A program made the position numbers and the translations under genes. A DNA stretch of 64,000 bases, from assembly GCA_030154265.1 (NCBI GenBank), contig JASKKH010000001.1:14443-78442 (forward strand), given 5' to 3'. Each line of letters starts with the position of its first letter. Within the stretch, counting starts at the first letter, position 1. Under the pieces are notes generated by a model. It was not told the DNA's origin. It saw nothing but the letters and a program-made list of their open reading frames with translations, and ran no database searches. Shown here one piece after another: positions 10,157 to 20,156 of this stretch. Source of the stretch: Clostridia bacterium. GTDB taxonomy: Bacteria; Bacillota; DSM-521; Neomoorellales; Neomoorellaceae.

Positions 10157-12562
10157 TTACCACCAAATTAAAGGCTTAACCATCCTGTAATCTAAATTTT
10201 CAAAATTGATTTTTTCTCCATCCTCAAATTCCACATAATCAGCAGTTATAGTTTTAATCCATTTACCTTTTAAATTAGAGAGTGTTTCAGCGATATCAAT
10301 ATTATTGTAAATCTTATTTAGATCTACATTTACCTTGTTTTGCTCAATATCAACTTCTAATACATCTAACATTTTCAGGTCACGGAAGAAAACATATTGG
10401 TGATAAGGATCTTCGTACGGATTATCAAATAAATCAGAATCGTCGTATCTTGCCTTTTGTAAGGCTTCTTCATACTGTTCTAATTCGAAATATTTAAAGA
10501 AGCCTCCCCCTCTCCATTTAACCCCATCCGAGATACCACAAGGCTCATGATTTCCTTTACCGGCTAATATCTCTTTCATCCTAGGAAGACCCTTTGTATA
10601 AAAGTAATCGGCAAGCTCAATTCCAATCCATTTCCGCCCCAATTTATGAGCGGCAGCAATAGTTGTCCCTGTTCCCATAAAGAAATCCAGTATTAGCTGT
10701 CCTTCTTTAGTTGAAGCCTCAATTATCCTTTTGAGAAGTTTTTCAGACTTCTGAGTTAAAAAGTCTCCCACTTTCTCTTTACTAAAACTTTGAATCATTA
10801 TGGAATTGATATCCTCATACTCATTGGCATTCCATATATCCTCAACTGGATAGTAACCCTGCCTGGTTTCGCCTCTGCTTTCGGGCTTGATTACAGTTCC
10901 ATCTTTAGCCTTAATTACCAAATCAAATTTAGACATTTTACAACCGATCTTATCCTGAATTCCTTTAAGCAGGGTATTTAAACATTGCTGTTCCTCATCA
11001 TTAAACTTAAAAGTCTTGTAAGGGATTTGGATAGCGTCCCCATTAAAATAATTTTTAGGTGATTTACGATAAAACCAAATAGTTTCATGGTTTCTTACAT
11101 ATTTTTCGCCAGCCGTTTTAAACCCTGAAACCCAACCCACTCTCCAAATAATTTCATTTAAAAAGTTTTCTTTACCAAACAAAGAATCTAAAAGAAACTT
11201 AAGACTTGCTGTTTCATGAAAGTCTACTTGAACATAAAGACTGCCTGTGTCATGTAAAAAGTCTTTAGCCAATCTTAATCTGTTTTCCATCATGGTAATC
11301 CATGAGGAAGTATTAAACTTATCTGAATAACTAAAAGTCTCTTTTTCAGTGTTATAAGGTGGATCGATGTATATTGCTTGAACCTTTTCCTTAAACTTTG
11401 GCAAAATAGTATTTAGTGCCTGGTAGTTCTCACTTTTAATAAGCCAACCGTCCAAATTTTCATCAAGGTTATCAAAAAGACTTATAATATCAAGCTCTAA
11501 ATCCTTAAAATATTTAGTGTCAATTGGAAGAAACACATAATTTTTATTCAGGCCGGTTTCATCTAATATGTCAGTTTTATTGAATTTTTCGTCTACAATA
11601 CTTAATTGCTGCCATTCCTTAACCTGTTTCCCAAAGTTTTTATGTTTTAATATTCGTTTCAGTAAATCAAGATTTCTTTCGGCAATTTTATCAATTGTAA
11701 TTACATAATTAGAATTGAGTACAAATTTTGGTTTGTTCCATATTTTGACCAATTCATCTTCAAACTGACTTATAAAAGCAATGATTTTAAAGGCTATATC
11801 CTTTAAAACTTGTAACTCTTTAATTCGTTTTTCAGTCCACTCGCTTTTATCTGAAAAGACATATTGATAGAACCATAGATTAAATTGTTCTTCCAAAAAG
11901 GCTTTGGCATTCTTATTAATGAAATAGTCAACTTGGCTTTGACGTTCAAAAACCCTAAATGCATGGTCCAGGATATCTTCAGTAATTTCCATGCCTTTTT
12001 TTCGTAAGGACCGTAAGATTTCAGGTTTTTTGGTTTTTCTTCCCTTTTCGGAATAGGTAACATTAAAAATTAAAGTACCGTCTTTTTTTCTTTCTTTGAA
12101 TTCATATATAAGACTGCGTTTCTCATTAGCCTTTTTATGTTCCATCTTAGAAACGTCAAAAAAGAACTTAAACCCTTTAAATTCTACCTCAAGGTTTTTA
12201 AATAGGTGGTCAGTTTTAACGTAGTAAAGCATATGGGTCTTCCAGAAAAGTATTACATCCTTATCATTAGTGTAAACTTTTTCGTAAACATTCTGATAAA
12301 GCGGCGTAAAACGATAATAAATAGAACCACTTTCAGAGAAGTAACGGCTAAAGAATGTATATAACTTGTCAAAAAGTTCCTCACGGAATTCAGGAAATGG
12401 TTTTAATGCCTCTTTTATATCCTTCTGAAGTCTGGGAAAAACCCCATTTTCATAATATCGTACCTTAATCCCCATTAGGTTTATATATCCTGATTTCCCC
12501 TCAACCTTAGCACCAATAAAGAGGTTTTTTAAAACATCATAAAACCTTTTCTCTTTACTCAT
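10157..12562 (-). CDS. mod: Type III-like N6-adenine/N4-cytosine DNA methyltransferase Mod with long N-terminal extension
   Basis: 801 aa beta-class motif order: motif IV IYIDPPYNT (about residue 400) precedes motif I ILDFFMGTGTTIAAAHKLGRKWIGIE (about residue 630). Roughly 390 aa of unassigned sequence lies N-terminal to the catalytic core. Confidence 0.8.
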   Translation of the reverse strand: MSKEKRFYDVLKNLFIGAKVEGKSGYINLMGIKVRYYENGVFPRLQKDIKEALKPFPEFREELFDKLYTFFSRYFSESGSIYYRFTPLYQNVYEKVYTNDKDVILFWKTHMLYYVKTDHLFKNLEVEFKGFKFFFDVSKMEHKKANEKRSLIYEFKERKKDGTLIFNVTYSEKGRKTKKPEILRSLRKKGMEITEDILDHAFRVFERQSQVDYFINKNAKAFLEEQFNLWFYQYVFSDKSEWTEKRIKELQVLKDIAFKIIAFISQFEDELVKIWNKPKFVLNSNYVITIDKIAERNLDLLKRILKHKNFGKQVKEWQQLSIVDEKFNKTDILDETGLNKNYVFLPIDTKYFKDLELDIISLFDNLDENLDGWLIKSENYQALNTILPKFKEKVQAIYIDPPYNTEKETFSYSDKFNTSSWITMMENRLRLAKDFLHDTGSLYVQVDFHETASLKFLLDSLFGKENFLNEIIWRVGWVSGFKTAGEKYVRNHETIWFYRKSPKNYFNGDAIQIPYKTFKFNDEEQQCLNTLLKGIQDKIGCKMSKFDLVIKAKDGTVIKPESRGETRQGYYPVEDIWNANEYEDINSIMIQSFSKEKVGDFLTQKSEKLLKRIIEASTKEGQLILDFFMGTGTTIAAAHKLGRKWIGIELADYFYTKGLPRMKEILAGKGNHEPCGISDGVKWRGGGFFKYFELEQYEEALQKARYDDSDLFDNPYEDPYHQYVFFRDLKMLDVLEVDIEQNKVNVDLNKIYNNIDIAETLSNLKGKWIKTITADYVEFEDGEKINFENLDYRMVKPLIWW

Positions 12563-12603
12563 TTTGGATGTCCTTTCAACTAGACTATTTCCTAAAATTT
12601 TTA

Positions 12604-12632
12604 ATTAAACTAGTTATAAAAAATTTCGTCAA
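12604..12632 (-). promoter_or_regulatory. Candidate sigma-A promoter of the mod-res operon
   Basis: Minus strand reads TTGACG (12627-12632), 17-nt spacer, TTTAAT (12604-12609), about 40 nt upstream of the mod ATG. Confidence 0.4.
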
Positions 12633-12766
12633 TTCTTTGTTAAAACCTCTATAAATCCTTTCCTAAAAATTGCTTTCAGAAAATGGTATAATTAACTTCT
12701 AAAACTTTAAATATAGGATGAATTAAACGCAGGAGAATTTTAAGAAGTGATTATGGAGGATTTAAT

Positions 12767-13384
12767 ATGACTTCTTTTCTGATTGGCGGCCTAATCTTTG
12801 GTTTATCAGCAGGGCTATCGCCCGGCCCCCTTTTTACATTTGTAATCACTCAAACCCTTAAACACAACATTAAAGAAGGGATTAAAGTAGCACTCAGTCC
12901 CCTGGCAACAGATATACTCATTATTTTTATTGGCTATTTTCTTTTAAGTAAATTGAGAGAGCTAAATTTTTTCCTGGGAATAATATCATTGTTAGGCGGG
13001 CTGTCCGTTCTGTATTTATCTTATGAGAGTCTGAAGACAAAACCTGTGAGCTTAGAAATCGATAATAGTAACCCAGGTTCTCTTAAAAAAGGGATGATCA
13101 TAAACGCTCTAAATCCACATCCCTATCTGTTTTGGTTTACTGTTGGCGTACCAATTATTATTAATGCAAAGAATACTAGCTTTTTATTAGCTTTAGGTTT
13201 TATTATAAATTTTTATTTGGCACTCATTGGTTCAAAAGTATTAATTGCAATCCTAGTTGACAAGTCTAAAAACTTTTTAACAAGTAAGTGGTATATATAT
13301 GTAATGCGAATATTAGGAGTTTTACTTTTTATTTTCGCTTTATTACTGATTAAAAATAGCTTGGTTTTATTAAACCTTTACTAG
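12767..13384 (+). CDS. LysE/RhtB family amino-acid exporter
   Basis: 205 aa with about 6 TM helices and a LysE-type N-terminus (GLSPGPLFTFVITQ). Preceded by an extended -10 tggtataat at 12684-12692. Confidence 0.7.
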   Translation: MTSFLIGGLIFGLSAGLSPGPLFTFVITQTLKHNIKEGIKVALSPLATDILIIFIGYFLLSKLRELNFFLGIISLLGGLSVLYLSYESLKTKPVSLEIDNSNPGSLKKGMIINALNPHPYLFWFTVGVPIIINAKNTSFLLALGFIINFYLALIGSKVLIAILVDKSKNFLTSKWYIYVMRILGVLLFIFALLLIKNSLVLLNLY

Positions 13385-13398
13385 TTTATCACAAAAAA

Positions 13399-13422
13399 GG
13401 TTTCAGGATAGACCCTGAAACC
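13399..13422. terminator. Hairpin between convergent genes (bidirectional terminator candidate)
   Basis: ggtttcagg (13399-13407) / cctgaaacc (13414-13422). The A-run on the plus side gives a U-tail for the minus-strand 63-aa ORF. Confidence 0.5.
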
Positions 13423-13441
13423 GTAACAACAGGCTTAATCA

Positions 13442-13633
13442 TTATTTTTTAAACAAATTAGAAACCTGTGTTAAAGCTAAACCTATTGTGGACATTATAA
13501 ACATCCTTACAGCAGTCTCAAGGGAATATCCTTTTTCACGGAGAAATTTAATTCCATACCATATAACAGCACCAATAAATACATAACCTGAAGCAGCTGC
13601 TAATATCCATACTAAATAAATAAATAGTTCCAT
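13442..13633 (-). CDS. Small two-TM membrane protein, unknown function
   Basis: 63 aa with two hydrophobic helices. No recognisable family. Confidence 0.4.
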   Translation of the reverse strand: MELFIYLVWILAAASGYVFIGAVIWYGIKFLREKGYSLETAVRMFIMSTIGLALTQVSNLFKK

Positions 13634-13769
13634 ATTTCCCCTCCTTTCTTATGCTTGTTCTTTATTTTGGGGAAACTATAGCTAATTGAACTTAAACTTA
13701 ATTAGAATGTTTGTTTATAGTTTTAGCGTTAATTCCTTTCTAAATACAACATAAAACCTGCCAATACAT

Positions 13770-13812
13770 AAAAAAACTCCATACATTATTGGTAAAAACC
13801 AATATGTATGGA
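13770..13812 (-). terminator. Intrinsic terminator of spo0A
   Basis: 15-16 bp stem ctccatacat(t)attgg / ccaatatgtatggag (13777-13812), followed on the minus strand by a T7 run (13770-13776). Confidence 0.75.
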
Positions 13813-13844
13813 GGTCCGTATCTCTAAATCTTTTTCTACTAGAG

Positions 13845-14609
13845 CTAAGCACCTATCCTTAGTTTATCAGCTACCATAGCTATAAATTCTGAATTTGTTG
13901 GTTTACCTCGTTCTACATTTATCGTATAGCCAAAGAACTTATTCATCATTTCAACATTTCCTCGATCCCAGGCAAGTTCAATTGCATGACGAATTGCTCT
14001 TTCAACTCGACTGGGTGTCGTCAAATATTTATTTGCAATTAGAGGATATAATTCTTTGGTAACGGCTCCTAAAAGGCTGACGTCCTCTATGACCATAATA
14101 ATGGCTTCCCTAAGATATTGATATCCCTTTATGTGAGCAGGAACTCCCATTTGATGAATTATTTTAGTAACTTCGACATCTGTATTACAAGTGGCACGAT
14201 TCACTTGAGGTAGAGAAACTGGTAAAGGGAAACCATTTGCCAGTTGACGCAATCTATTTCCCAAAACCTCTAAATCAAAAGGTTTAATTATATAATAATC
14301 CGCCCCTAATTCAACTGAACGAACTGTCATGTTCTCTTGTCCTAAAGCAGTAAGTATTACTATTCGTGGCCGACGATTAAGATTAGACATATGTAATTTT
14401 TCTAGAACACCTATTCCGTCAAGATGAGGCATAATTATATCAAGAATTACAATATCCGGTTCCTTCTCTTGAATAAGCTGAAGTGTTTCATGACCATTAT
14501 GAGCAATACCTGCTATTAGAAAATCATCCTGCTCGTTAAAATAATCCTCTAACACATCACAAAATTCCCTATTATCATCCGCAATTATTACCTTTATTGG
14601 TTCAGCCAT
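13845..14609 (-). CDS. spo0A: Sporulation master response regulator Spo0A
   Basis: 254 aa with a REC domain ([19 protein letters not shown]) and the Spo0A-specific C-terminal DNA-binding domain ([17 protein letters not shown]). Confidence 0.95.
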   Translation of the reverse strand: MAEPIKVIIADDNREFCDVLEDYFNEQDDFLIAGIAHNGHETLQLIQEKEPDIVILDIIMPHLDGIGVLEKLHMSNLNRRPRIVILTALGQENMTVRSVELGADYYIIKPFDLEVLGNRLRQLANGFPLPVSLPQVNRATCNTDVEVTKIIHQMGVPAHIKGYQYLREAIIMVIEDVSLLGAVTKELYPLIANKYLTTPSRVERAIRHAIELAWDRGNVEMMNKFFGYTINVERGKPTNSEFIAMVADKLRIGA

Positions 14610-14655
14610 AGTTTAGCTATCCCGCCTCCTACATCTTATCATTTAAGCACGCTAT

Positions 14656-14662
14656 TTCGACG
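14656..14662 (-). promoter_or_regulatory. Possible 0A box upstream of spo0A
   Basis: Minus strand reads cGTCGAA, a 6/7 match to TGTCGAA, about 50 nt upstream of the spo0A start. A single short match only. Confidence 0.2.
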
Positions 14663-14725
14663 TTAAAACAGGATAATCCTTCCAATCGCATAAATATGCA
14701 AAAATTCTTTAAATCCTACATTAAA

Positions 14726-16081
14726 CTACAGAATATTTTTAAAAACATGATTAAAAGACATAAAAATATGTAGAGCGGGGGCATTCAAAGTATTACCCCC
14801 GATGTTTTTAGCAACTAACTCTGTCTCTTCAAGCATCCACTCTGCCAAAACTCCAAAGCCTCTGGTTGGGTCGTTTATAAAAACATGGGTTACCGCTCCT
14901 ACAAGTTTACCATCTTGAATAATAGGACTGCCACTCATGCCTTGGACTATCCCACCAGTTAAACGAATGAGTTCTGGATCTGTTATACTTATGACTAGTC
15001 CTTTACCGCTTAAACGCTGATAAGGCATTACTTTCTCAATCTCTATTTTAAAGCGCTCTACCTTTTCTCCATCAACAACAGTCATTATTTCTGCTGGTCC
15101 TGGGTGTACGTTTTCGGCAAGTGCTACATCTATTGGATGGTTAATAAGACCTTTGGGTTTCCCGGTAATAGTGCCAAATATCCCTACATTTGTATTTTTC
15201 TTAATAATTCCACTAAATTTACTATTTTCTAAAAAAACTCCTATCTTTTCTCCTGGTCTCCCACGTTGCCCCTGATGAATACCTTTTATTGTGGCTGCTG
15301 TTATTTCACCATCGTCAATGTCTATCGCTGTTCTCCCGTCACTATTAGTAACAACATGTCCTAAAGCCCCAAAAACACCTCTATTTTCATCAATAAAGGT
15401 TAGGGTTCCGACACCTGCTGTACTGTCACGAACATAAACACCGATACGGTAACGACCAGTTTCATGGCAATATTTTGGTCGTATATTTAATGTGAACACT
15501 TGTTTTTGCCTTTTAATTCTTATCTTCGCTTTGCGATTTGCATGTCCTGCCTCGTCTATTAAGTTAGCTACATCTTGATCACTAGTAACTTTTTTTCCAT
15601 CTATTGCTATGATTGTATCTCCTACATGCAAACCTGCTTGACGGGCTAAAAACAATTTATTACCAGAACTATCTATAACTGCTGCCTGCCCAATAACTTG
15701 AACGCCTTCTGTTTTTAATAAGACACCAATTGCTTGCCCACCCGGCACAACACTGACTGGCTGGACAACCTGAACCATAATATTTTTTAAAGGAATTATT
15801 CCAAATAATTTTAGATTTAACTGCAGCCAACCCGGGTCATTAATACTTGTATTTATTTTTTTATTTGTTACATCATGGTGAGTAATAACTTCTACATCTA
15901 CTTGCTGAGCTAAAAATTTTGGCAAATCCCATTTTAAATTGATTGGTGTCGATGTTGGAAAACGTTGTACTCTTGGCAAAGTGAAATAATCCCGTATAGT
16001 TGGAGTCATTCCCCCATACATTATTAAAAAAGCTAGCACCAAGCCCAAAAGCTGGCGCCCTAGACGTTTCAAAGGCATCAC
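14726..16081 (-). CDS. spoIVB: SpoIVB signalling serine peptidase (S55) with PDZ domain
   Basis: 451 aa with PDZ segment (GDTIIAIDGKKV) and S55 core (GTLTFIDENRGVFGALGH, GIVQGMSGSPII). Adjacent to spo0A and recN, as in Bacillus and Clostridia. Confidence 0.9.
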   Translation of the reverse strand: MMPLKRLGRQLLGLVLAFLIMYGGMTPTIRDYFTLPRVQRFPTSTPINLKWDLPKFLAQQVDVEVITHHDVTNKKINTSINDPGWLQLNLKLFGIIPLKNIMVQVVQPVSVVPGGQAIGVLLKTEGVQVIGQAAVIDSSGNKLFLARQAGLHVGDTIIAIDGKKVTSDQDVANLIDEAGHANRKAKIRIKRQKQVFTLNIRPKYCHETGRYRIGVYVRDSTAGVGTLTFIDENRGVFGALGHVVTNSDGRTAIDIDDGEITAATIKGIHQGQRGRPGEKIGVFLENSKFSGIIKKNTNVGIFGTITGKPKGLINHPIDVALAENVHPGPAEIMTVVDGEKVERFKIEIEKVMPYQRLSGKGLVISITDPELIRLTGGIVQGMSGSPIIQDGKLVGAVTHVFINDPTRGFGVLAEWMLEETELVAKNIGGNTLNAPALHIFMSFNHVFKNIL

Positions 16082-16293
16082 ACTCCCTACAAAAAAAATT
16101 TAAAACAAGTTTATTTTTAATCCCTCCTATCGGGTTTTTAACTTGAAATTTGTCTTCAAAAATAAATTAACCTCAAGCCGTTGCTTTTATGCTGTTAAAA
16201 ACGACCTGAGGTGGAGATATGACCTGTTGTAGGGAGCAAATAGGTTAAAATTTAAATGTTTTTAAATATAATTAGGTTATACTCTCATATATT

Positions 16294-17994
16294 TCATTTT
16301 TTAAGATTTGATTCTTCTAGTAAGGTTAAGGCATGTTTTTTTGCCATATTGCTTGTTTTTCCGGATAATAATCTGGCTATTTCCACAACACGAGCTTCTT
16401 TATCTAATTTTTCTACTATAGTAAAAGTACGACCATCTTCAACTGCTTTATTAACCAAATAATGTTGGTTTGCAAAAGCTGATAATTGTGCAGAATGAGT
16501 AATACAAAAGACTTGGCGTTGGCTACCTATATTAGCAAGGGCATGTGCCACTTCCCGTGCAGCAGCACCACCTATTCCGGAATCAATTTCATCAAAAATC
16601 AGGGTTGGAATAGCATCGACACTTGCTAAAATACTTTTTAAAGCCAACATAACTCGTGACATTTCGCCACCAGAAGCAATCTGAACCAATGGCTGACTTC
16701 CTTCCCCTGGATTTGGTTGGAACAAAAATGTTATGTTATCCAAACCTGTTGGCCCAGTCTCAGCTGCTGCAAAATCAATTTTGATTTGTGCCTGTGGCAT
16801 AGCCAATTTTTTTATAAATGAATTTATATCTTTCTCTATTTTTTTAGCAGCTTCCTTACGCTTTTTACTTAAATTATTTGCTGCTTTGCTATATTCTTTT
16901 TCAATTTTTTTAATTTCTTGTTCCAAAACAGCTGCCTGACTTGTACTCTCGTCTAAATTTTCTAAAGTAGCAGCTATCTCATTTCTATACGCTAAAATTT
17001 CATCAATAGTAGCTCCATATTTACGCTTTAGTTTTTTTATTAGTTCTAAACGTTCCTCAATTGCACTTAGCTTTTCTGGGTCATATTCTAAATTTTCTCC
17101 ATAACTTCGAAGGTTATGTGCAACTTCCTCTACTTCCACAACTGCATTTTTTAGCATCTCTTGCCACGGTTGTAATTCTGGATCAACTGTTACCATAGAT
17201 TCTAATTCTGAAATTGCTTTGTTTATCTGATCAAAAGCCGAAATACCTTCTTCTCCATATAGAGCTTTATGAATAGTTACCGATCCACTAGCTAACTTTT
17301 CAGCACTGTTTAAGATATCTCTTTGATGGTATAGTTCATCTTCTTCATTAGAACTTAAATTGGCAGAATCAATTTCATTAAGTTGAAAATTCAAAAAATC
17401 CTGTTGCCGTTCACGTTCCCTGATATTATCACACAATGATTTATACTTTTTTTGTAAATTCAACCAATTATTATAAAGCTCTTTGACCTTGTTCCTTTCG
17501 TCTAATAAGCCCGCAATACTATCTAACATATCCCTTTGATAATCAGGTCGTAAAATGGACTGGTAAGAATGCTGACCGTGTATATCCACTAAAGCCTGGC
17601 CTAATTTTTGGTACATGCTTAAGGTTACACTTCGACCATTAACTCGACAGGTATGACGACCTTTACGATTAATTTCACGACTTAATAAGAGACTGTCATC
17701 TTCTTCACAGGGTAATCCAAGTTCATCTAAAATATTTTTTATTTCTGGTAAATTATCTATACGGAAAAAGCCTCTTACTACAGCACGATCAGCCCCAGCA
17801 CGAATATATTCAGCTGAGGCCCTTGCTCCCACAAGTAGTCCTATGGCATCTACTATAATTGATTTTCCTGCCCCGGTCTCGCCAGTAAAAACCGTAAAAC
17901 CTGGCTCCAGGTTTAGCTGCAGTGATTCAATTAAAGCAAAATTCTCAATTTGCAGTTCCTGGAGCATAGTCTCAACCTTCCTTAATTTCTTCAA
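16294..17994 (-). CDS. recN: DNA repair protein RecN
   Basis: 566 aa SMC-like protein with Walker A GETGAGKS, a long coiled coil, signature ASGGEMSR and Walker B LIFDEIDSG. Confidence 0.93.
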   Translation of the reverse strand: MKKLRKVETMLQELQIENFALIESLQLNLEPGFTVFTGETGAGKSIIVDAIGLLVGARASAEYIRAGADRAVVRGFFRIDNLPEIKNILDELGLPCEEDDSLLLSREINRKGRHTCRVNGRSVTLSMYQKLGQALVDIHGQHSYQSILRPDYQRDMLDSIAGLLDERNKVKELYNNWLNLQKKYKSLCDNIRERERQQDFLNFQLNEIDSANLSSNEEDELYHQRDILNSAEKLASGSVTIHKALYGEEGISAFDQINKAISELESMVTVDPELQPWQEMLKNAVVEVEEVAHNLRSYGENLEYDPEKLSAIEERLELIKKLKRKYGATIDEILAYRNEIAATLENLDESTSQAAVLEQEIKKIEKEYSKAANNLSKKRKEAAKKIEKDINSFIKKLAMPQAQIKIDFAAAETGPTGLDNITFLFQPNPGEGSQPLVQIASGGEMSRVMLALKSILASVDAIPTLIFDEIDSGIGGAAAREVAHALANIGSQRQVFCITHSAQLSAFANQHYLVNKAVEDGRTFTIVEKLDKEARVVEIARLLSGKTSNMAKKHALTLLEESNLKK

Positions 17995-18430
17995 ATTTTT
18001 TCAAAACAGTAGGAACAGCTTCCTTGGGTTTAACAATTACAAGTATAGTATCATCACCGGCTACTGTACCAATAATTTCAGGCCAGGACATATTATCTAA
18101 GCATGAAGCTATTGCATGGGCCGTTCCCGGTAAAGTCCGAATTAAAATTAAATTTTCACTATCATCTATTTTAATAATAGAGTCATTAAAGAAACGTTGT
18201 AACCTACTATAGGCATTAATCACCCTTTGCTCAGGAGGAGCCGCATAACAATATAAATTGTCTCCTACAGCAACTTTTACCAATCCTAGTTCTTTTATAT
18301 CCCGGGAGATAGTAGCCTGGGTTACTTCTAGACCACGGCGGCGTAATTCCTGAACTAATTGATCTTGGGTAGATATTGGAATACCAGCTATTAGATCAAG
18401 GATTAACTTTTGCCGTTTGGTCTTAGTCAT
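17972..18430 (-). CDS. argR: Arginine repressor
   Basis: 152 aa with a winged helix (QATISRDIKELGLVKV) and a C-terminal hexamerisation/arginine-binding domain (GTVAGDDTILV). Confidence 0.9.
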   Translation of the reverse strand: MTKTKRQKLILDLIAGIPISTQDQLVQELRRRGLEVTQATISRDIKELGLVKVAVGDNLYCYAAPPEQRVINAYSRLQRFFNDSIIKIDDSENLILIRTLPGTAHAIASCLDNMSWPEIIGTVAGDDTILVIVKPKEAVPTVLKKFEEIKEG

Positions 18431-19274
18431 CCTGCCTATATCTCCCTTCCCTTAGCTTTTCCCGTACTACATCATAAAAATTACTATTTAATCTGATAAT
18501 CCGTGTTGGTATTTCATCCTTTGTAACAGTAACAATACTACCTTTATCCAAGTCTATCTCTTCCTGTCCATCAACAGTAAGCATAACATTATTATCGTTA
18601 ATTTTAACCTTAATTTCTTTTTCCCCAGAAACAACCAAAGGTCTGGCATATAGACTATGGGGACATATAGGTGTAATTATCATGACTTGGAGTTCCGGAG
18701 AAACCAAAGGACCACCAGCGGATAAGGAATAAGCAGTCGAACCAGTTGGTGAAGCTATAATCAAGCCATCAGCTCTATAAGTATCTAAGTATGATTGACA
18801 TACATAAGTTTCCAAACGTAATGGGGATACATTTTTTTTAGTAATAACCACATCATTTAAGGCCTTATAAGTTGAATTGCTTCCCGGACATTTAACTGAA
18901 GCTGAAAGCATCATCCGCTCTCTAACCTGATAATCACCAGCTATTAACTTTTCTATCGCAGGACGCAAATCTTTTAGTTCAACTTCAGTTAAAAATCCAA
19001 GATGACCCATATTAATACCCAAAAGAGGTGTGCCGGTATTCTTAACGAGATGGGCTGCCCTAAGAAATGTCCCATCTCCTCCAAGAACCAAAACGCATTC
19101 TGCAGTTGCTAACTCTTTTGGGGATACACCTTTTTCAGGATAACCCAATGCTGTTGCTTTATCAGCACATATCATTACCTCGACGCCAAAACTTTCGAGA
19201 CAGGTTATTAACTTCATAGTTACTTCTCGAGCTTTGGGTTTGCTTAGGTTAGCCACCACACCAATCCGTTGCAA
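18423..19274 (-). CDS. nadK: NAD kinase
   Basis: 283 aa with GGDGTFL and NxGxLGFL motifs. Confidence 0.9.
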   Translation of the reverse strand: MQRIGVVANLSKPKAREVTMKLITCLESFGVEVMICADKATALGYPEKGVSPKELATAECVLVLGGDGTFLRAAHLVKNTGTPLLGINMGHLGFLTEVELKDLRPAIEKLIAGDYQVRERMMLSASVKCPGSNSTYKALNDVVITKKNVSPLRLETYVCQSYLDTYRADGLIIASPTGSTAYSLSAGGPLVSPELQVMIITPICPHSLYARPLVVSGEKEIKVKINDNNVMLTVDGQEEIDLDKGSIVTVTKDEIPTRIIRLNSNFYDVVREKLREGRYRQDD

Positions 19275-19343
19275 AAAACTCCCCTCACTTCTTTCCCCTT
19301 AACATATCTGTTTTATTTTCCCAATAAATTTCTATATGAATAT

Positions 19344-20156
19344 TTATTTTAATTCTTGGTGGGCTGAAGCTACTACCTGATCTATTAACGATTTACATTC
19401 TGCCATTGTTAAAACCTTACCTTTAAATCCTAACCATAAAAGAAATTCAATATTACCTTTAGGTCCTGTTATAGGCGAGTAGCTTAAACCTAAAATATTT
19501 ATGTTTAGTTTAGAAACTTCGAGTAAAACCTCTCTCAAAATCTCTTTATGCGTTTCTGGTTTGCGTACTACGCCCTTTTTCCCTACCCTATCGGGTCCAG
19601 CTTCAAATTGTGGTTTTACCAAAGCGATTATTTCACCATCAGGTTTAAGACAACGAATAATATTGGGTAGGACCTTATTTAACGAGATAAAGGCAAGATC
19701 TATAGTAATTACATCGGCTAATTCTCCCAATGTTGTAGGTTCTAAATAACGGACATTTGTTCTCTCCAGGACCACTACTCTGGGGTCTTGACGTAAAGAC
19801 CAAGCTAATTGCCCATATCCAACGTCTACTGCATAAACCTTAGCTGCACCATGCTGTAAAGCGCAATCGGTAAAACCCCCAGTTGAAGCTCCACAATCAA
19901 TAACAATTTTACCATTCAAATCTATGTTAAAAGTATTAAGTGCCTTTTCAAGCTTTAAACCTCCACGGCTGACATATGGTAAGGGCTTACTATTTAATCG
20001 AATTTGTGCATCAGCAGGCACAGAAGCTCCAGGTTTATCTATTTTAATATCGTTAACCATAACTTCTCCTGCCATTATTGAAGCCCGTGCCTGCTCTCTG
20101 CTTTTAAAATATCCTTTATTTAATAACAATACATCTAGCCGCTGTTTACCCACCAT
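19344..20156 (-). CDS. tlyA: TlyA-family rRNA 2'-O-methyltransferase (S4 plus FtsJ domains)
   Basis: 270 aa with an S4 RNA-binding N-terminus ([18 protein letters not shown]) and SAM-binding motif [11 protein letters not shown]. Confidence 0.85.
   Translation of the reverse strand: MVGKQRLDVLLLNKGYFKSREQARASIMAGEVMVNDIKIDKPGASVPADAQIRLNSKPLPYVSRGGLKLEKALNTFNIDLNGKIVIDCGASTGGFTDCALQHGAAKVYAVDVGYGQLAWSLRQDPRVVVLERTNVRYLEPTTLGELADVITIDLAFISLNKVLPNIIRCLKPDGEIIALVKPQFEAGPDRVGKKGVVRKPETHKEILREVLLEVSKLNINILGLSYSPITGPKGNIEFLLWLGFKGKVLTMAECKSLIDQVVASAHQELK

Noticed and set aside
9295-12063. Nested same-strand ORFs inside res (9295-9486) and mod (11803-12063)
   Set aside because: They are out-of-frame ORFs embedded in long, motif-supported genes. 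They are Lys/Ile-rich artefacts of AT-rich sequence.
7037-12692. 12-nt direct repeat aaaatggtataa at both edges of the R-M island (7037-7048 and 12681-12692), considered as a target-site duplication or att pair
   Set aside because: The shared core tggtataa(t) is an extended -10 promoter consensus. It recurs elsewhere in the window, for example inverted at 6889-6900 upstream of nudF and upstream of asp23 near 33045. The match is most simply explained by promoter motifs in AT-rich DNA. No integrase, recombinase or longer flanking repeat is present.
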